Assembly (NCBI RefSeq): GCF_018350175.1
Contig: NC_058368.1
Coordinates: forward strand, 89,840,001-89,904,000
From: Felis catus
Lineage: Eukaryota
Length of the DNA stretch: 64,000 nt
Direction of reading: 5' to 3'
Positions 48,972-61,168 of the stretch are shown here, one piece after another (the first letter of the stretch is position 1; every line of letters starts with the position of its first letter). Position numbers and translations under genes: made by a program. The notes under the pieces are model-generated. The model worked only from the letters and a program-made list of their open reading frames with translations, was not told the origin of the DNA and searched no databases.

Positions 48972-49887
48972 CAAATAGTCCCCAACTTACAGTGATTCAA
49001 CTTACAATTTTTCAAGTTTACAATGGTGCAGAAATGATACACAGTCAGTAGAAACCATACTTTGAAGTCTGAATTTTGGTCTTTTCCCAGGCTAGTGATG
49101 TACAGTCCAATACCCTCTCTTGATGCTGGACAGCAACAGCAAGCTCCAGCTCCCAGTCATCAATATGATTGTAAAAGCAAATTACCAGGGAGCCTGGGTG
49201 GCTCAGTTGGTTGAGCATCTGACTCCTGGTTTTGGCTCAAGTCATGATCTCATGGTTTCATGGGTTCGAGCCCCACACCGGGCTCTGTGCTGAAAGCATG
49301 GAACGTGCTTGGGATTCTCTCTCTCTCGCCCTCTCTCTGCCCCTCCCTCATTCACACTGTCTCTCAAAAGAAAGAAAGAAAACAACCAATGCACTATAGC
49401 TACACTGTACCCATACAACAATTCTGTTTTATACTTTCAATACAATTTTCAATAAATTATACAAGATATTCAACACTTTATTATTAAAACAGGCTTTGGG
49501 GGCACCTGGGTGGCTTCAGTTGAGAGTCCAACTCTTGGTTTCAGCTCAGATCATGATCTCACGGTTTGTGAATTGGGATTCTCTCTCTCCTTCTCTCTCT
49601 GTCCCTCACCCATTATCTCTCTCTCAAAATAAATAAATAAAAGTTTAAAAATAAGTAAGTAAGTAAGTAAGTAAGTAAATAAATAAATAATAAAATGGGC
49701 TTTGTGTTACATGATTTTGCCCAACTCAAGGCTAGTCTAAGTGTTCTGAGAATGCTTAAGGTAGAGCTAGGCTAAGCTATGACGCTCAGTAGGTTAGGAG
49801 TATTAAAAGCATTTTCCACTTAATGCTATCTTCAGCTTACAATGGGTTTATGGTAACATAACCCCATCATAAGTTGAGGAAGATCTA
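48972..49887 (-). mobile_element. MER47/Tigger5-type TcMar element with two nested SINEs (49187-49383, 49498-49692)
   Basis: Termini caaatagtccccaacttac / cataagttgaggaagatct; 'tgattttgcccaact...ctaggctaagctatga...gtaggttagg' is antisense MER47. Confidence 0.85.
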
Positions 49888-50236
49888 TGTTTCTTTATCT
49901 TCAGATTTCATCAGTTTGATTATGATGTGTCTGGGCATGGATTTCTTTGAATTTATCCTGTTTGAGACTTGTATGTTTCTTGAATCTGTAAATTTAAGGG
50001 GTTTTTTTTTGGTTTGTTTTTGTTTTGTTTTGTTTTGTTTTGTTGGAGGGGAGAAAACTTGGGGAGTTTTAAGCAATTATTTCTCAAATATTTTTTCCAT
50101 ACCTTTTTTTTTTCATTCTTTCTCCTCTACTTTCAAGACTCCGATGGGTTGAATGTTGACCTTTCTGTTATCCCACAAATTCCTGAGGCTCTGTTCATTT
50201 TTTTCTACACTTTTATCCTCTCTGTTGTTCATTTTT

Positions 50237-50349
50237 TATATTAAATGTAATTTATTGTCAACTTGGTTTCCATATAACACCCAGTGCTCATCCCAACAGG
50301 TTCCCTCCTCAATGCCCATCACCCACTTTCCCTCTCCCTCACCCCCCCA
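50237..50349 (-). mobile_element. Short felid L1 3' tip
   Basis: 16-bp TSD tctgttgttcattttt at 50221 and 50350. Confidence 0.88.
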
Positions 50350-50825
50350 TCTGTTGTTCATTTTGGATAAATTTTATTGAACTATCTTGAGGTTCAGTGA
50401 CTCCTTTTTTAGTCAGGAAATTTATTTATTTTGGTTATTGTATTTTCCAAATCTAAAACTTCTATTTGGTTCTGTTTAGTATCTTCTATTTACTTCCTGA
50501 GACTTTCTATCTTTCCTTCCATCTCAAGAGCTGTTTGCCTTTATTTCCTGGGACATGAATGTAACAGTTGCATCAAAGTCTTCTCAGAATAACACCCATG
50601 TCATCTCTGGGTTGGCATCTGTTGATTGTCTTTTCACTTGGATGGTGATGTCAGTGTTTTCTTCTTCATATGTCAAGCAATTTTGTTTTTTCTCCTGGAA
50701 ATTCTGAATATTACATTTTGGGACTCTAGATCTTGTTTAAGTCCTGCACAGAATGTTAGGTTTTAAAATTTTTTTGTGTGTTTTAGTAAGCAACCCAATT
50801 TCTGAAGGTTTTGGTTCTTTTTTTT

Positions 50826-51199
50826 TAAGATTTGTTTTATTTTATTTATTTATTTATTATTATTATTCTTAAAGGCAGGACTCTAGGCTCCTGGCCTTTG
50901 AATGTTTACTTTTGAGAGAGGGAGAGAGAGCGCGCACAAACAGGGAAGGGACAGAAAGAGAGAGGGACAGAGGATCCAAAGCAGGCTCTATGCTTATAGC
51001 AGAGAGCCTGACACAGGGCTTGAACCCACAAATGGTAAGATCATGACCTGAGCTGAAGTCCGATCCTTAACCAACTGAGCCACCCAGGTGCCCCTAAGAT
51101 TTTATTTTTGAGTAATCTCTACACCCACCGTGGGGCTCACACTCACAAACCTGAGGTCAAAAGTCGCATGCTCCATTGCCTGAGCCATCCAGGTGTCCC
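50826..51199 (-). mobile_element. Can-SINE (to 51094) inserted in the tail of a short SINE (51100-51199)
   Basis: taagattt duplication at 50826 and 51095; 29-bp non-SINE segment in the tail. Confidence 0.85.
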
Positions 51200-51964
51200 T
51201 GAATTAGATTGTGTTCTAATCTCAGTTCTGTTTCCAAAGCCTTTGCAATGGTATTTATATATGCCCTGTGTATGCACCACACCGGTGGCTAATTTGGGAC
51301 CTGGATGGTGATCCATCCTATAGTTCAGATCTCAAAGGCACTGATTTGCTGCTTACGGTCAGATCCATGCATGCACAGACACAGCTCAGAGGTTAATAGT
51401 CCAGGAATTTACAACCAATTTTATTTTGAGCCTTTTCGTCTAAGAAATCTCCCCAATGCTTTCCTGCTTCCACTCCCACCCTGCACACTACCTGGGTTTC
51501 TAATTAGAACACTAGGACTTTAGTTTTCCTGCTCTGGCACATACTTTCTGGAACTGTGTCTGCCTCTAGGACCAAGCAGTGAGAGGATAGAGAAAACAAA
51601 AGCCATGGGTATTATCCTTACACTCTTGAGCCCACAGTTCCTTTAGGCAGAAAGGGTTTTCCTGCTTCAGAGTTTTAGGTGCCTTCCCAGCAGCCACTTC
51701 CGCTCTACTTCAGGGGGGTTGTCTGGGGTAGGGGTGTGAGCGAGACAGGAAGAAAATAGATTTCTTCCACTCTCTATTACACTTCTCTCCCATTCTTTGA
51801 ATCAGGGGTTTCTCTTAGAGCTCTTTTTATTCACAACAGTGCATACATCTGGGTTTTAGTCTGACTTGAGTCTAGGCTGGGTAATACCAAAGGAGAAAAA
51901 TGGGAAACTCACGGTGGTTCAGTTGTATATAGAGATCTGTTCTCATTCCCAATTCATCTGCTCT

Positions 51965-53860
51965 AATTTAAAAAAAATAGAATTTATTTTTTTCGAGCAG
52001 TTTTAGATTCACAGCAAAACTGAAGGGAAAGTACAGAGAGTGCCCATTTATTCCCTACCTCCCCAACACCACAGCCTCTCCATTATCAACAGTCGATACC
52101 AGAGTGAACATTTGTTATGTCAGTTAACCTGCACTGGCATGTCATTATCACCCAAAGTCCGTAGTTTACATTAAGATTCATTCTTGAATCGTTGTACACT
52201 TAAGGGCTTTTTTTTTGACAAGTGTGTAATATGTACCCATCATTATAGTATCATACATAATAATTTTGCTGCCCTAAAATTTTTCTGTGATCCTCCTATT
52301 CATCCTTCCTCACCCCCACTCTATCTCCCCTCTCCCAGATTCATAGCTACCACTAATCTCTGTACCATCTCCATAGTCTTGCCTTTTCCAGAATGTCACG
52401 TAGTTGGAATCATACAGTACACAGTCTTCTCAGATTGGCTTTGCTTTTTCTGAGTAATATGAATTAAAGTTGCTCTATGGCTTTTATGGCTTGATAACTC
52501 ATTTCTTTTGAGCACTGAATAATATTCCATTGTATTCCATACATGTACTCATTCACTTACTAAAGGACATGTTGGTCACTTCCAAATTTGCAAATTATGA
52601 ATAAAGCTGCTATAAATGCCCACGTACAGGTTTTTGTATAAGTTTTCAACTCCTTTGGGTAAAACCAAGAAGCATGATTGCTGGATTGTATAAGACCATG
52701 TTTAGTTTTGTTAGAAATTGCCAAATTGTTTTCCGGAGTGACTGTACCATTTTACACTCCTACCACCAATGAATGAGGTCCCTGCTGTTCCACATCCTGA
52801 CCAATATTTGGTGTTAGCGGTGTTTTGGATTTGGGCCATTCAAACATGTGTCCAGTGGTATTTCATTGTTGTTTTAATTTGCATTTCCCTGATGACATGT
52901 GATGTGGAGCATCTTTTCAAATGTTTCTTTGCCATCTGTATATCTTCTTTGGTGAAGTGTCTATTCAGGCATTTTTTTTAAGGTTTATTTATTTTATTTT
53001 TTGAGAGATAGAGAGAGAGTGGGGGAGGTACAGAGGGAGAGGGAGAGAGAATCTTAAGCAAACTCCATGCCCAGAGCAGAGCCTGATGTGGGACTTGATC
53101 TTATAACAGTGAGATCATGAACTGAACTGAAAACAAGAGTTGGAAACTTAACTGACTGAGCCATCCAAGTGCCCCAAAGGTTTTTTTTTTTTTTTTAAGT
53201 AACGTCTATCTCCAACTCGAACTCACAGCCCCAAGATAATGAGTCACATGTTCCAGTGACTGAGCCAGCCAGGTACCCTGTGTTCAGGTATTTTGACTAT
53301 TTTTAAAATTGTGTTGTTAATTTTCTTTTTTTTTTTAATTTTTAAAAATGTTTATTCATTTTTTGAGAGACAGAGAAAGTGGGGGAGGGGCAGAGAGAGA
53401 GGGAGACACAGAATCCAAAGGAGGCTCCAGGCTCTGAGCTGTCAGCACAGAGCCTGACACGGGGCTCGAACTCATGGTCCTCGAGATCATGACCTGAGCT
53501 GAATTTGGACACTTAACAGACAGAGCCACGTGTTTTCCTCTTCTGATATAATGTTGGGTGTCCTGGGTCTTCTTGCTTCTTATATAAATTTTAGAATCAT
53601 CTTGTTGACATGCACAAAGTAACTTGCTGAGATTTTGATTGGGATGCATTGAATCTACAGATCAAGATGGGAAGAACTGAAATTTTGAAAATATTGTCTT
53701 CCTATCCACTAACATGGGATATCTTTCCACTTATTTAGTTCTTTGACTTATTTCATCAGAGTTTTGTAGCTTTCTTCATAGAGATCTTGTACATATTTTG
53801 TTAGATTATACCTAAGCATTTCATTTGTGGGAGGTGTTAATGTAAGTGGTATTGTGGGGG
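51965..53860 (-). mobile_element. L1MA/MB-type 3' UTR and ORF2 fragments with SINEs (52972-53175, 53180-53278, 53325-53529)
   Basis: 'ttttagattcacagcaaaactgaagggaaagtacagagag' is an L1 3' terminus in antisense. Confidence 0.8.
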
Positions 53861-53864
53861 GGGG

Positions 53865-54282
53865 TTTCCTCTTTTCTTTTTCTTTTTTTTTTTGATTTTA
53901 TTTTTTATTTTTAAAAAATTTACATCCAAATTAGCATATAGTTAGCATATAGTGCAACAATGATTTCAGGAGTAGATTCCTTAATGCCCCTTACCCATTT
54001 AGCTCATCCTCCCCCACAACCCCTCCAGTAACCCTCAGTTTGTTCTCCATATTTAAGAGTCTTTTCTGTTTTGTCCCCCTCCCTGTTTTATATTATTTCT
54101 GTTTCCCTTCCCTTATGTTCATCTGTTTTGTCTCTTAAAGTCCTCATATGAGTGAACTCATATGATATTTGTCTTTCTCTGACTGACTAATTTCACTTAG
54201 CATAATACCCTCCAGTTCCATCCATGTAGTTGCAAAGGGCAAGATTTCATTCTTTTTGACTGCTGAGTAATACTCCATTGTG

Positions 54283-54338
<56 letters not shown>

Positions 54339-55779
54339 ATATCTTCTTTATCCATTCATCCATCGTTGGACATTTGGGCTCTTTCCATACTTTGGCTATT
54401 GTGGATAGTGCTGCTATAAGCATGGGGGTATATGTGTCTCTTTGAAACATCACATCTGTATCCCGTGGATAAATGCCTAGTAGTGCAATTGCTGGGTTGT
54501 AGGGTAGCTCTATTTTTAGTTTTTTTGAGGCACCTCCATACTGTTTTCCAGAGTGGCTACACCAGCCTGCATTCCCACCAAAAATGCAAAAGAGATCTTC
54601 TTTCTCCACATCCTTGCCAACATCTGTTGTTGCCTGAGTTGTTAGTGTGAGCCATTCTGACAAGTGTGAGGTGGTATCTCATTGTGGTTTTGATTTGTAT
54701 TTCCCTGATGATGATTGATGTTGAGCATTTTTTCATGTGTCAGTTGGCCATCTGGATGTCTTCTTTGGAGAAGTGTCTATTCATGTCTTTTGCCCATTTC
54801 TTCACTGGATTATTTGTTTTTTGGGTGTTAAGTTTGAGAAGTTCTTTATAGATTTTGGATACTAACCCTTTATCTGATATGTAGTTTGCAAATATCTTCT
54901 CCCATTCTGTTGGTTGCCTTTTAGTTTTGCTGATTGTTTCTTTCACTGTGCAGAAGATTTTTATTTTGATGAGATCCCAGTAGTTCATTTTTGCTTTGGT
55001 TTCCCTTGCCTCCGGAGATGTGTTGACTAAGAAGTTGCTGCGGGCAAGATCAAAGAGGTTTTTGCCTGCTTTCTCCTTGAGGATTTTGATGGCTTCCTGT
55101 CTTACATTGAGGTCTTTCATCCATTTTGAGTTTATTTTGTGTATGGTGTAACAAAGTGGTCCAGGTTCATTCTTCTGCATGTCGCTGTCCAGTTTTCCCA
55201 GCACCACTTGCTGAAGAGACTATCTTTATTCCATTGGATATTCTTTCCTGCTTTGTCAAAGATTAGTTGGCCATCCGTTTGTGGGTCCATTTCTGGGTTC
55301 TCTATTCTGTTCCATTGATCTGAGTATCTGTTCTTGTGCCAGTACCATACTGTCTTGATGATTACAGCTTTCTAGTAGAGCTTGAAGTCTGGGATTGTGA
55401 TGCCTCCTGCTTTGGTTTTCTTTTTCAAGATTGCTTTGGCTATTCGGGGTCTTTTCTGGTTCCATACAAATTTTAAGATTGTTTGTTCTAGCTCTGTGAA
55501 GAATGCTGGTGTTACTTTGATAGGATTGCATTGAATATGTAGATTGCTTTGGGTAGTATTGATATTTTAACAATATTTGTTCTTCCTATCCAGGAGCATG
55601 GAATCTTTTTCCATTTTTTTGTGTCTTCTTCAATTTCTTTCATAAGCTTTCTATAGTTTTCAGTGTATAGATTTTTCACGTCTTTGGTTAGATTTATTTC
55701 TAGGTATTTTATGTTTTTTTGTGCAACTGTAAATAGGATTGATTCCTTGATTTCTCTGTCTGTCGCTTCATTGTTGGTG
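53865..55779 (-). mobile_element. 1.9-kb 5'-truncated felid/carnivore L1 with (TA)n at ~54283-54336
   Basis: ORFs 54740..55207 and 55512..55811 are ORF2 ([16 protein letters not shown]); TSD agtggtattgtg at 53845 and 55780. Confidence 0.95.
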
Positions 55780-56260
55780 AGTGGTATTGTGTGTTTAATT
55801 TCAGATTCCACTTGTTCATTACTGGCATTTAAGAAAATGATTGACTTTTATATGTTAACCTGGTATATTATACAATCTTCCTTTAATTACTTATCAGTTC
55901 CATGAGTGTTTTTGTCAATTCTTTTGGATTTTCTGCATAACATGATCATGTCATCTGTGAAAAAAGACAATTTTATTTTTTCCTTCTCAATCTGTGTACA
56001 TTTTATTTCCTTTTCTTGTCTTATTGCATTAGCTAGGACTTGCATTATGATGTTGAAAGGCAGTGTTGAGAGGGGACATCCTTGCCTTATTCCTGATCTT
56101 AATGGAAAAGCTTTGGATTCCTCACCATAAACCACAATGTTAGCTGTAGGTTTTTTGTATATGTTCTTCATCAAGTTGAGGAAGTTCCCCTCTAGTCCTA
56201 GTTTGCTGAGAGTTTTTATCATGAATGGGTGGTCTGTCATATCATTTTCCTGCATCTATT
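55780..56260 (-). mobile_element. Older L1 ORF2 reverse-transcriptase fragment
   Basis: ORF 55887..56255: SGIRQGCPLSTLPFNI...KLSFFTDDMI (RT motifs). Confidence 0.9.
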
Positions 56261-56639
56261 GATATGATACTTCTTTTTTTTTCACTTTTCAGTAAAGTTG
56301 GCATTATACATTTACAACTACCTAATTTCACCTTTGAATACCACTATGCCTGTTCATGGATAGCGTAAGTACCTAACAAAAATAAAATATTCCTAATTCC
56401 TCCCTCTGATCCCTTGAGTTATTGCTGACATTCATTTCACTTATATATGATCCTTGAATATACTACTGCTATTCTTATTTTAAGCAAATTATTATCTCTT
56501 AGACCAACTAAAAATAAGACAAGAGTTTTTATTTTACCTTTACTTATTTTTCTTCTGATGATCTTCTTTTCTTTATGTAGATCTCAGTTTCTGACCTCTA
56601 TGATTCTCCTTTTCTCTGAAGCATTTATTTTAACATTTT

Positions 56640-57419
56640 GTTTTGGGGATTTTTTGGTGGTTTTATACCTTAATTTGACACAGAATGTTTAGTTCCCCTC
56701 TGTAGTAACTGTCTATGGATTTTTTAAAATGTTTATTTATTTATTTTGTGAGAGAGAGAGTGAATGGAGGAGGGGCAGAGAGAGAGAGAGAGAGAGAGAG
56801 GGAGAATCCCAAGCAAGCTCCACACTGTCAGTGCAGAGCTGGATGCGGGACTCTATCTCATGAACCAGGAGATCTTGACCAGAGCCAAAACCAAGAGTTG
56901 GAAGCTTAACCAACTGAACCGCCCGGGGGCCCTTGTCTGTGGATTTTTGAAAACGATGACAAGTACTTAAGTAACCAATGTATAGAGCTTGTTTGGTGAG
57001 TTTTCATCCTCATTACTTTTTCTAAACAACAGCCCATGGATATTGAATGGGACATTTCTTATTCCTTTGTCCCTGACAGCTTTGCTGAGCCTGGTGTCAG
57101 TGTGAACATCTGGTGTTCCCTTATCCTTCACGGCAAATTTCCAGATCTCTTTGAGTGCCCAAGGGACACGCTTCTTGAAACCCACTCCATGGATGTGCTT
57201 GTGAATGTTGATGGTATATTCTCTGGTCACTACCTCATTGATGGCAGAATGGTCCTCTTTCTTCTTGCCATCCATCATTGTAGATGCCATCTAACATCAG
57301 GTGACAAGGAGGCTCAGAGTGGAGGACAAGTGCCAGTCAAGTCCTCTCTCCAAGCTCAGCCTCATGCTGCTGCACTTTGGGTGCTTGCAGGTGCCAGGAC
57401 CCTGAGGCCTCAGCTGTGG
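56640..57419 (-). pseudogene. RPL31: Processed (retro)pseudogene of 60S ribosomal protein L31
   Basis: ORF 56967..57290 [27 protein letters not shown]...NKLYTLVT is RPL31. Coding part is intronless; premature TAA at a Tyr codon; C-terminus (KNP-TVTTEGN*) continues across a SINE to the stop at 56689-56691; then 3' UTR and a degraded T-rich tail. Confidence 0.95.
56726..56932 (-). mobile_element. Can-SINE inserted in the RPL31 retrocopy
   Basis: TSD tgtctatggattttt / tgtctgtggattttt. Confidence 0.92.
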
Positions 57420-57960
57420 AATTTCTTGCAAGGCATTTCCTTAGCAACAATTTCTCCCAATTTTTCTTCATCCAAGGAAGTACTTCACTTTCACTTTTGG
57501 AAGATTATCTTGCAGAATATAAAATTCTATATTTGTGGGAGGGGCAGTTTTACCTCAACACTCTAAATATTTCTCTCCACTCTTCTTGCTTTGTGTGGTT
57601 TCTGAGAAGTCAGGTGTTAGTCTTATCTTTGCTCCTCTATAAGTAAAGTATTCCTCACCCCCTTCTTGTTTCTTTCAATATTTTTCTTCATGGTTTTTTT
57701 TTTGGAGGGGCAGAGCACGTGTGAGTGGGGGAGGAGCAGAGGGAGAGAGAATCCCAAGCAGGCTCTGTGCTCAGTGAGAGCCCAACACGGGGCTTGATCT
57801 CATGACTGTGAGATCATGACCTGAGCCAAAATCAGGGTGGATGCTGAGGCAACTGAGCCACTCAGGCACCTTGTCTTAGCTTTGATCTTCTGCAGTCTGA
57901 ACATCATATTTGTAGTTTTTTGTTTGGCATTATTCCTGCTTAGTGTTCCCAGATTCATTA
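57420..57960 (-). mobile_element. Old L1 ORF1-region host sequence with a SINE (57693-57871)
   Basis: Continues the L1-like text that ends at ~56635. Confidence 0.6.
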
Positions 57961-58140
57961 GTCATTCAAACCCACCCAAACAAGGAGGTCATGAGGAGAG
58001 AGCTAAAACTATTTAGCAAACAGCATTAATGACTAGCACACTTTCTGTGAGTCCAAAGAGCCCCTCATTCCATTGATTTTTCAGGGATCACTGCCCAACA
58101 CAGGGCCTGGCTGGGATTATGTTCAGTTACTACTGACTAA

Positions 58141-58216
58141 AAGGAAGGAAGGGTGGAAGGAAGGAAGAGAGGGAGGGAGGAAGAAAGGAAAGAAGGAAGG
58201 GAAGGAGGGAGGAAGG
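58141..58216. repeat. GGAA-rich purine low-complexity tract (probable L2 tail derivative)
   Basis: Direct reading; preceded by L2-like 'cccaacacagggcctggc'. Confidence 0.75.
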
Positions 58217-58345
58217 ATAAAGTTCTTGGTGTGCAGAAAGTGTTCAAGACAGTTTCTCTAAACAGCACTGAAAATGGAACACAGTAGGAGCATTAGAAAC
58301 ATGCCTTGAATACAATTAAATTGACATTCATTTTTGTTACTCTTA

Positions 58346-58506
58346 GTTTTTTTTATGTTTATTTTTGAGAGAGGGAGCTCAAGTGGGGGAGATGCAGAGA
58401 AGGAGACAGAAGATCTGGGCTGACAGCAGAAAGCCCAAGGCGACCTTGAGATCATGACCTGAGCCAAAGTCAGACACTCAACCAACTGAGCCACCCAGGC
58501 AACCCT
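58346..58506 (-). mobile_element. Internally deleted Can-SINE
   Basis: Head and tail present, middle shortened. Confidence 0.8.
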
Positions 58507-58879
58507 CCAAGTTTTGACTTGTAGCTTTTTGTCAAATCCAAGCCCATAGCCAGACTTAGCCCAGGACAGGGGAGCTTGAATGCCTGAGGTCAGGAGTGAG
58601 GTTGCTGCTGGTGGAGTTGATCTGAGCGGTCACAGCACAGTCTGGGTAGGTGTCAGAGCAAACTTCTGTGCTAGGTTTGGTGTCATAGCTGCTCTTCATT
58701 CCCCTGTCCTTAGGGCTGTGTCCTAATGACCAGAACATGCCCAATCCTGCACATTATAATTTGTGTCCACTTACTCTGCTTTGGCAAGCTCTGTCTGAGC
58801 TAATATCTGCACCCTATCTCTAATCAGCCCATCTGAATGACAACACAAACCTAGGACTTCGTTCTCATTTCAGTCTTAC

Positions 58880-60030
58880 TTCTGAATCACTTATGACTTG
58901 TACACAAGTGTCAGAAACTCCATCAAATGGTTTACAAAATAGAGTACTAATGGTTTCAGGTATGGTTGGATCCAGCAGTCTAACCCAATGCTCTATTTCT
59001 CAGTTTAGCATTCCTTTGTTAGTCTCATTCTTGGACTGCCTGCTCCCCACTACACAGCCCTGGCCCACGAGCCTGGGCCAGTGCTAGGAATATTGTTAGG
59101 GTTCAACAAATACTTGTGGAATGAATGAATGAATGAGTAAACAAACAACGGGTTTAGCACTCCAGGTTTACATCCTGTTAGCTTAGCAATTCCAGGAAAA
59201 AGAGAGTAGCTCTTTCCAAACCTAAGTCCTTGGGGATAACTGTAACTAGTCTGGCCTAGGTTTGGGTCATATATTTGCCAGAGTAGGCTAGACTTTGCTA
59301 TGGTAACATGTAAATCCTGAAATCTCTTACTGCTTACTCACATCACAGTCCAATGTGTTTGGGACATGGAGGCCTTGTGCCAATTAGTCACTAAGGTGTC
59401 CAGGCTCCCCCCCATTTTGTGACTGTCTTCAATGCGAAGCCTCATGGTTATCAGGGAAAGGAAAGAGAATATTCCACATGGAACATACACTGGGGCACCT
59501 AGGTGGCTCAGTTGGTTAAGTGTCTGTCTCTTGATTTCAGCTCAGGTCATGATCTCAGGGTTCATGAGTTCAAACCCCACATCGGGCTCTGTACTGACAG
59601 TGTGTAGCCTACTTGGGATTCTTTCTCTGTCTCTCTCTGCCCCTCCCTCCATCTCTCTCTCTCTCAATAAACAAACAAACTTAAAAAAAACAAAAGAAAA
59701 TAAGTTGCAAACCTGAAAGTGACATTCACCACTGCTGCCCATATTCCACTGGCCAGAGCTGGTGCAGGAGGAGAATGAGGTGCCTTGTAAAATTGTAGTA
59801 TTGTAGCTTGCTGTGGGTTTTATGACTCTCTGGGCTAATCTCTGAGGCCAGAAGTTCTCACTGCTCTAATTGGACAGGCCTGGGCCACACGCTCATCCCT
59901 AACGTTGGTGGAGTGGGTCAGCCCTTCAAACTTCCCTTGTTGGCTGTGGAAGAGGTCTGCTTCCCTGGAGGGATATCAGTGTGCTAATACCAGCAGGGGA
60001 GATGGGTGCCAGGCAAGCGGAGTTAATGCT
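58880..60030 (-). mobile_element. Nested old MaLR LTR fragments (MLT1H-K-like) with an L2 3' tip (~59045-59140) and a SINE (59492-59700, +)
   Basis: 'tttcaggtatggttggatccag', 'gctatggtaaca...tgaaatctc', 'aattggacaggcctgggccac'; L2 tail 'tcaacaaatacttgtggaatgaatgaatg'. Confidence 0.55.
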
Positions 60031-60371
60031 GACCGGTAATCCCCGGAATCCCCGGGTGATGCATCTTGACCCTCCGCCCAGGACCAGCAGACTACTTCTG
60101 AGCATTGTCTTCAGGGTCAGGCTGGCAAAGGGGCCCAGAACAACTCTGATTTTATTTAAATTACTCTCAAGTAACTTTTAGACCCCTGTGGTCCATCAAA
60201 ATCTAATTTAGTGAGATTATTTAAGTCTTGTTTTTATAACAGACTCTGGACAGGAAAAAAGATTCAGAGTAACACATTAAATACCTAGAGAGTAATATGT
60301 ATGTTAAAAACTTTTAGAAACTGATTGTCAAACTCATGTATAGTGTAGCAAACTTGGAAAATAAAAAAGAG

Positions 60372-60790
60372 TATTAGTCAGCTTTCATTGAGATATGCTA
60401 CAAATGATCCCCCAAATCTTAGTGGCTTAAGGCAACAAAGGTTTATTTCTCCCTTGTGCTCTATCCTGGCCGTGGGTCTGCTAGGCTCTGTTCTGTGTCT
60501 CCATTCCAAGAAACAGGCTGCAGAATCAGTCCCATTAGGATATGCTGCTCTCATAGCAAGGAAAACAGAACTGGCTGAACCATACAATGGTTTATAAAGC
60601 TTCTGCTCCGACGTTGTACATTTCACTTCTGCCCATATAGCATTGGCTGAGCAAGTCAATGGCCAAGTGCAATGGCAGTGGAGGAAGGTGGCATATTCTT
60701 CTCAGGGGGAGGCCTTACAGTATCACAGGCAATGGGTAAAGATGTCTCACAGGAAGGTGAGAGCAAAAATTAGAAACAAAGTAGTATCTA
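60372..60790 (-). mobile_element. MaLR solo LTR (MLT1I/J-like)
   Basis: 'gtattagtcagc...cccccaaatcttagtggcttaaggcaacaaaggtttatttctc...aagcttctgctc...cattggctgagcaagtca'. Confidence 0.8.
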
Positions 60791-60956
60791 GACAAATATT
60801 AAAAAGTAAAATATAATTACCACAATCCCATCATCCAGAGATCACCACTGTTACCCCCCAAGGGGGATTTACTTCAGGAAACACTTGTTCCAAAGCAAGT
60901 GTAAATTAATTCCTGTATAATCACAGTTTATATGGATTACTCAAAACACTGAAACA

Positions 60957-61168
60957 GGGGCGCCTGGCTGGTTCAGTCAGTTAAGTGTCTAACTTCAGCT
61001 CAGGTCATGATGTCACAGTTTGTGAGTTCAAGCCCCATGTCAGGCTCTGTGCTGACAGCTCAAAGTCTGGAGCCTGCTTCGAATTCTGTGTCTCCCTCTC
61101 TCTCTGCCCCTCCCTACCCCACACTCTGTCTCTCTCTCTCTCAAAAATAAATAGACATTTAAAAAAAT
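60957..61168 (+). mobile_element. Can-SINE
   Basis: TSD aaaacactgaaa / aaaatactgaaa. Confidence 0.9.

Larger units (their letters stand above)
43760..51960 (-). mobile_element. Old L1 with ORF2 segment (~43970-46517) in opposite (+) orientation; hosts many younger inserts
   Basis: Minus 3' UTR at 43760-43968, plus ORF2 ('ccaggcccaaatggtttcaccagggaattc', 'gaggccagcattaccctg'), minus inter-ORF/ORF1/5' region from 46520. Confidence 0.65.

Noticed and set aside
60033..60056. Tandem aatccccgg with kB-like appearance
   Set aside because: 9-bp duplication with imperfect motif match and no other support.
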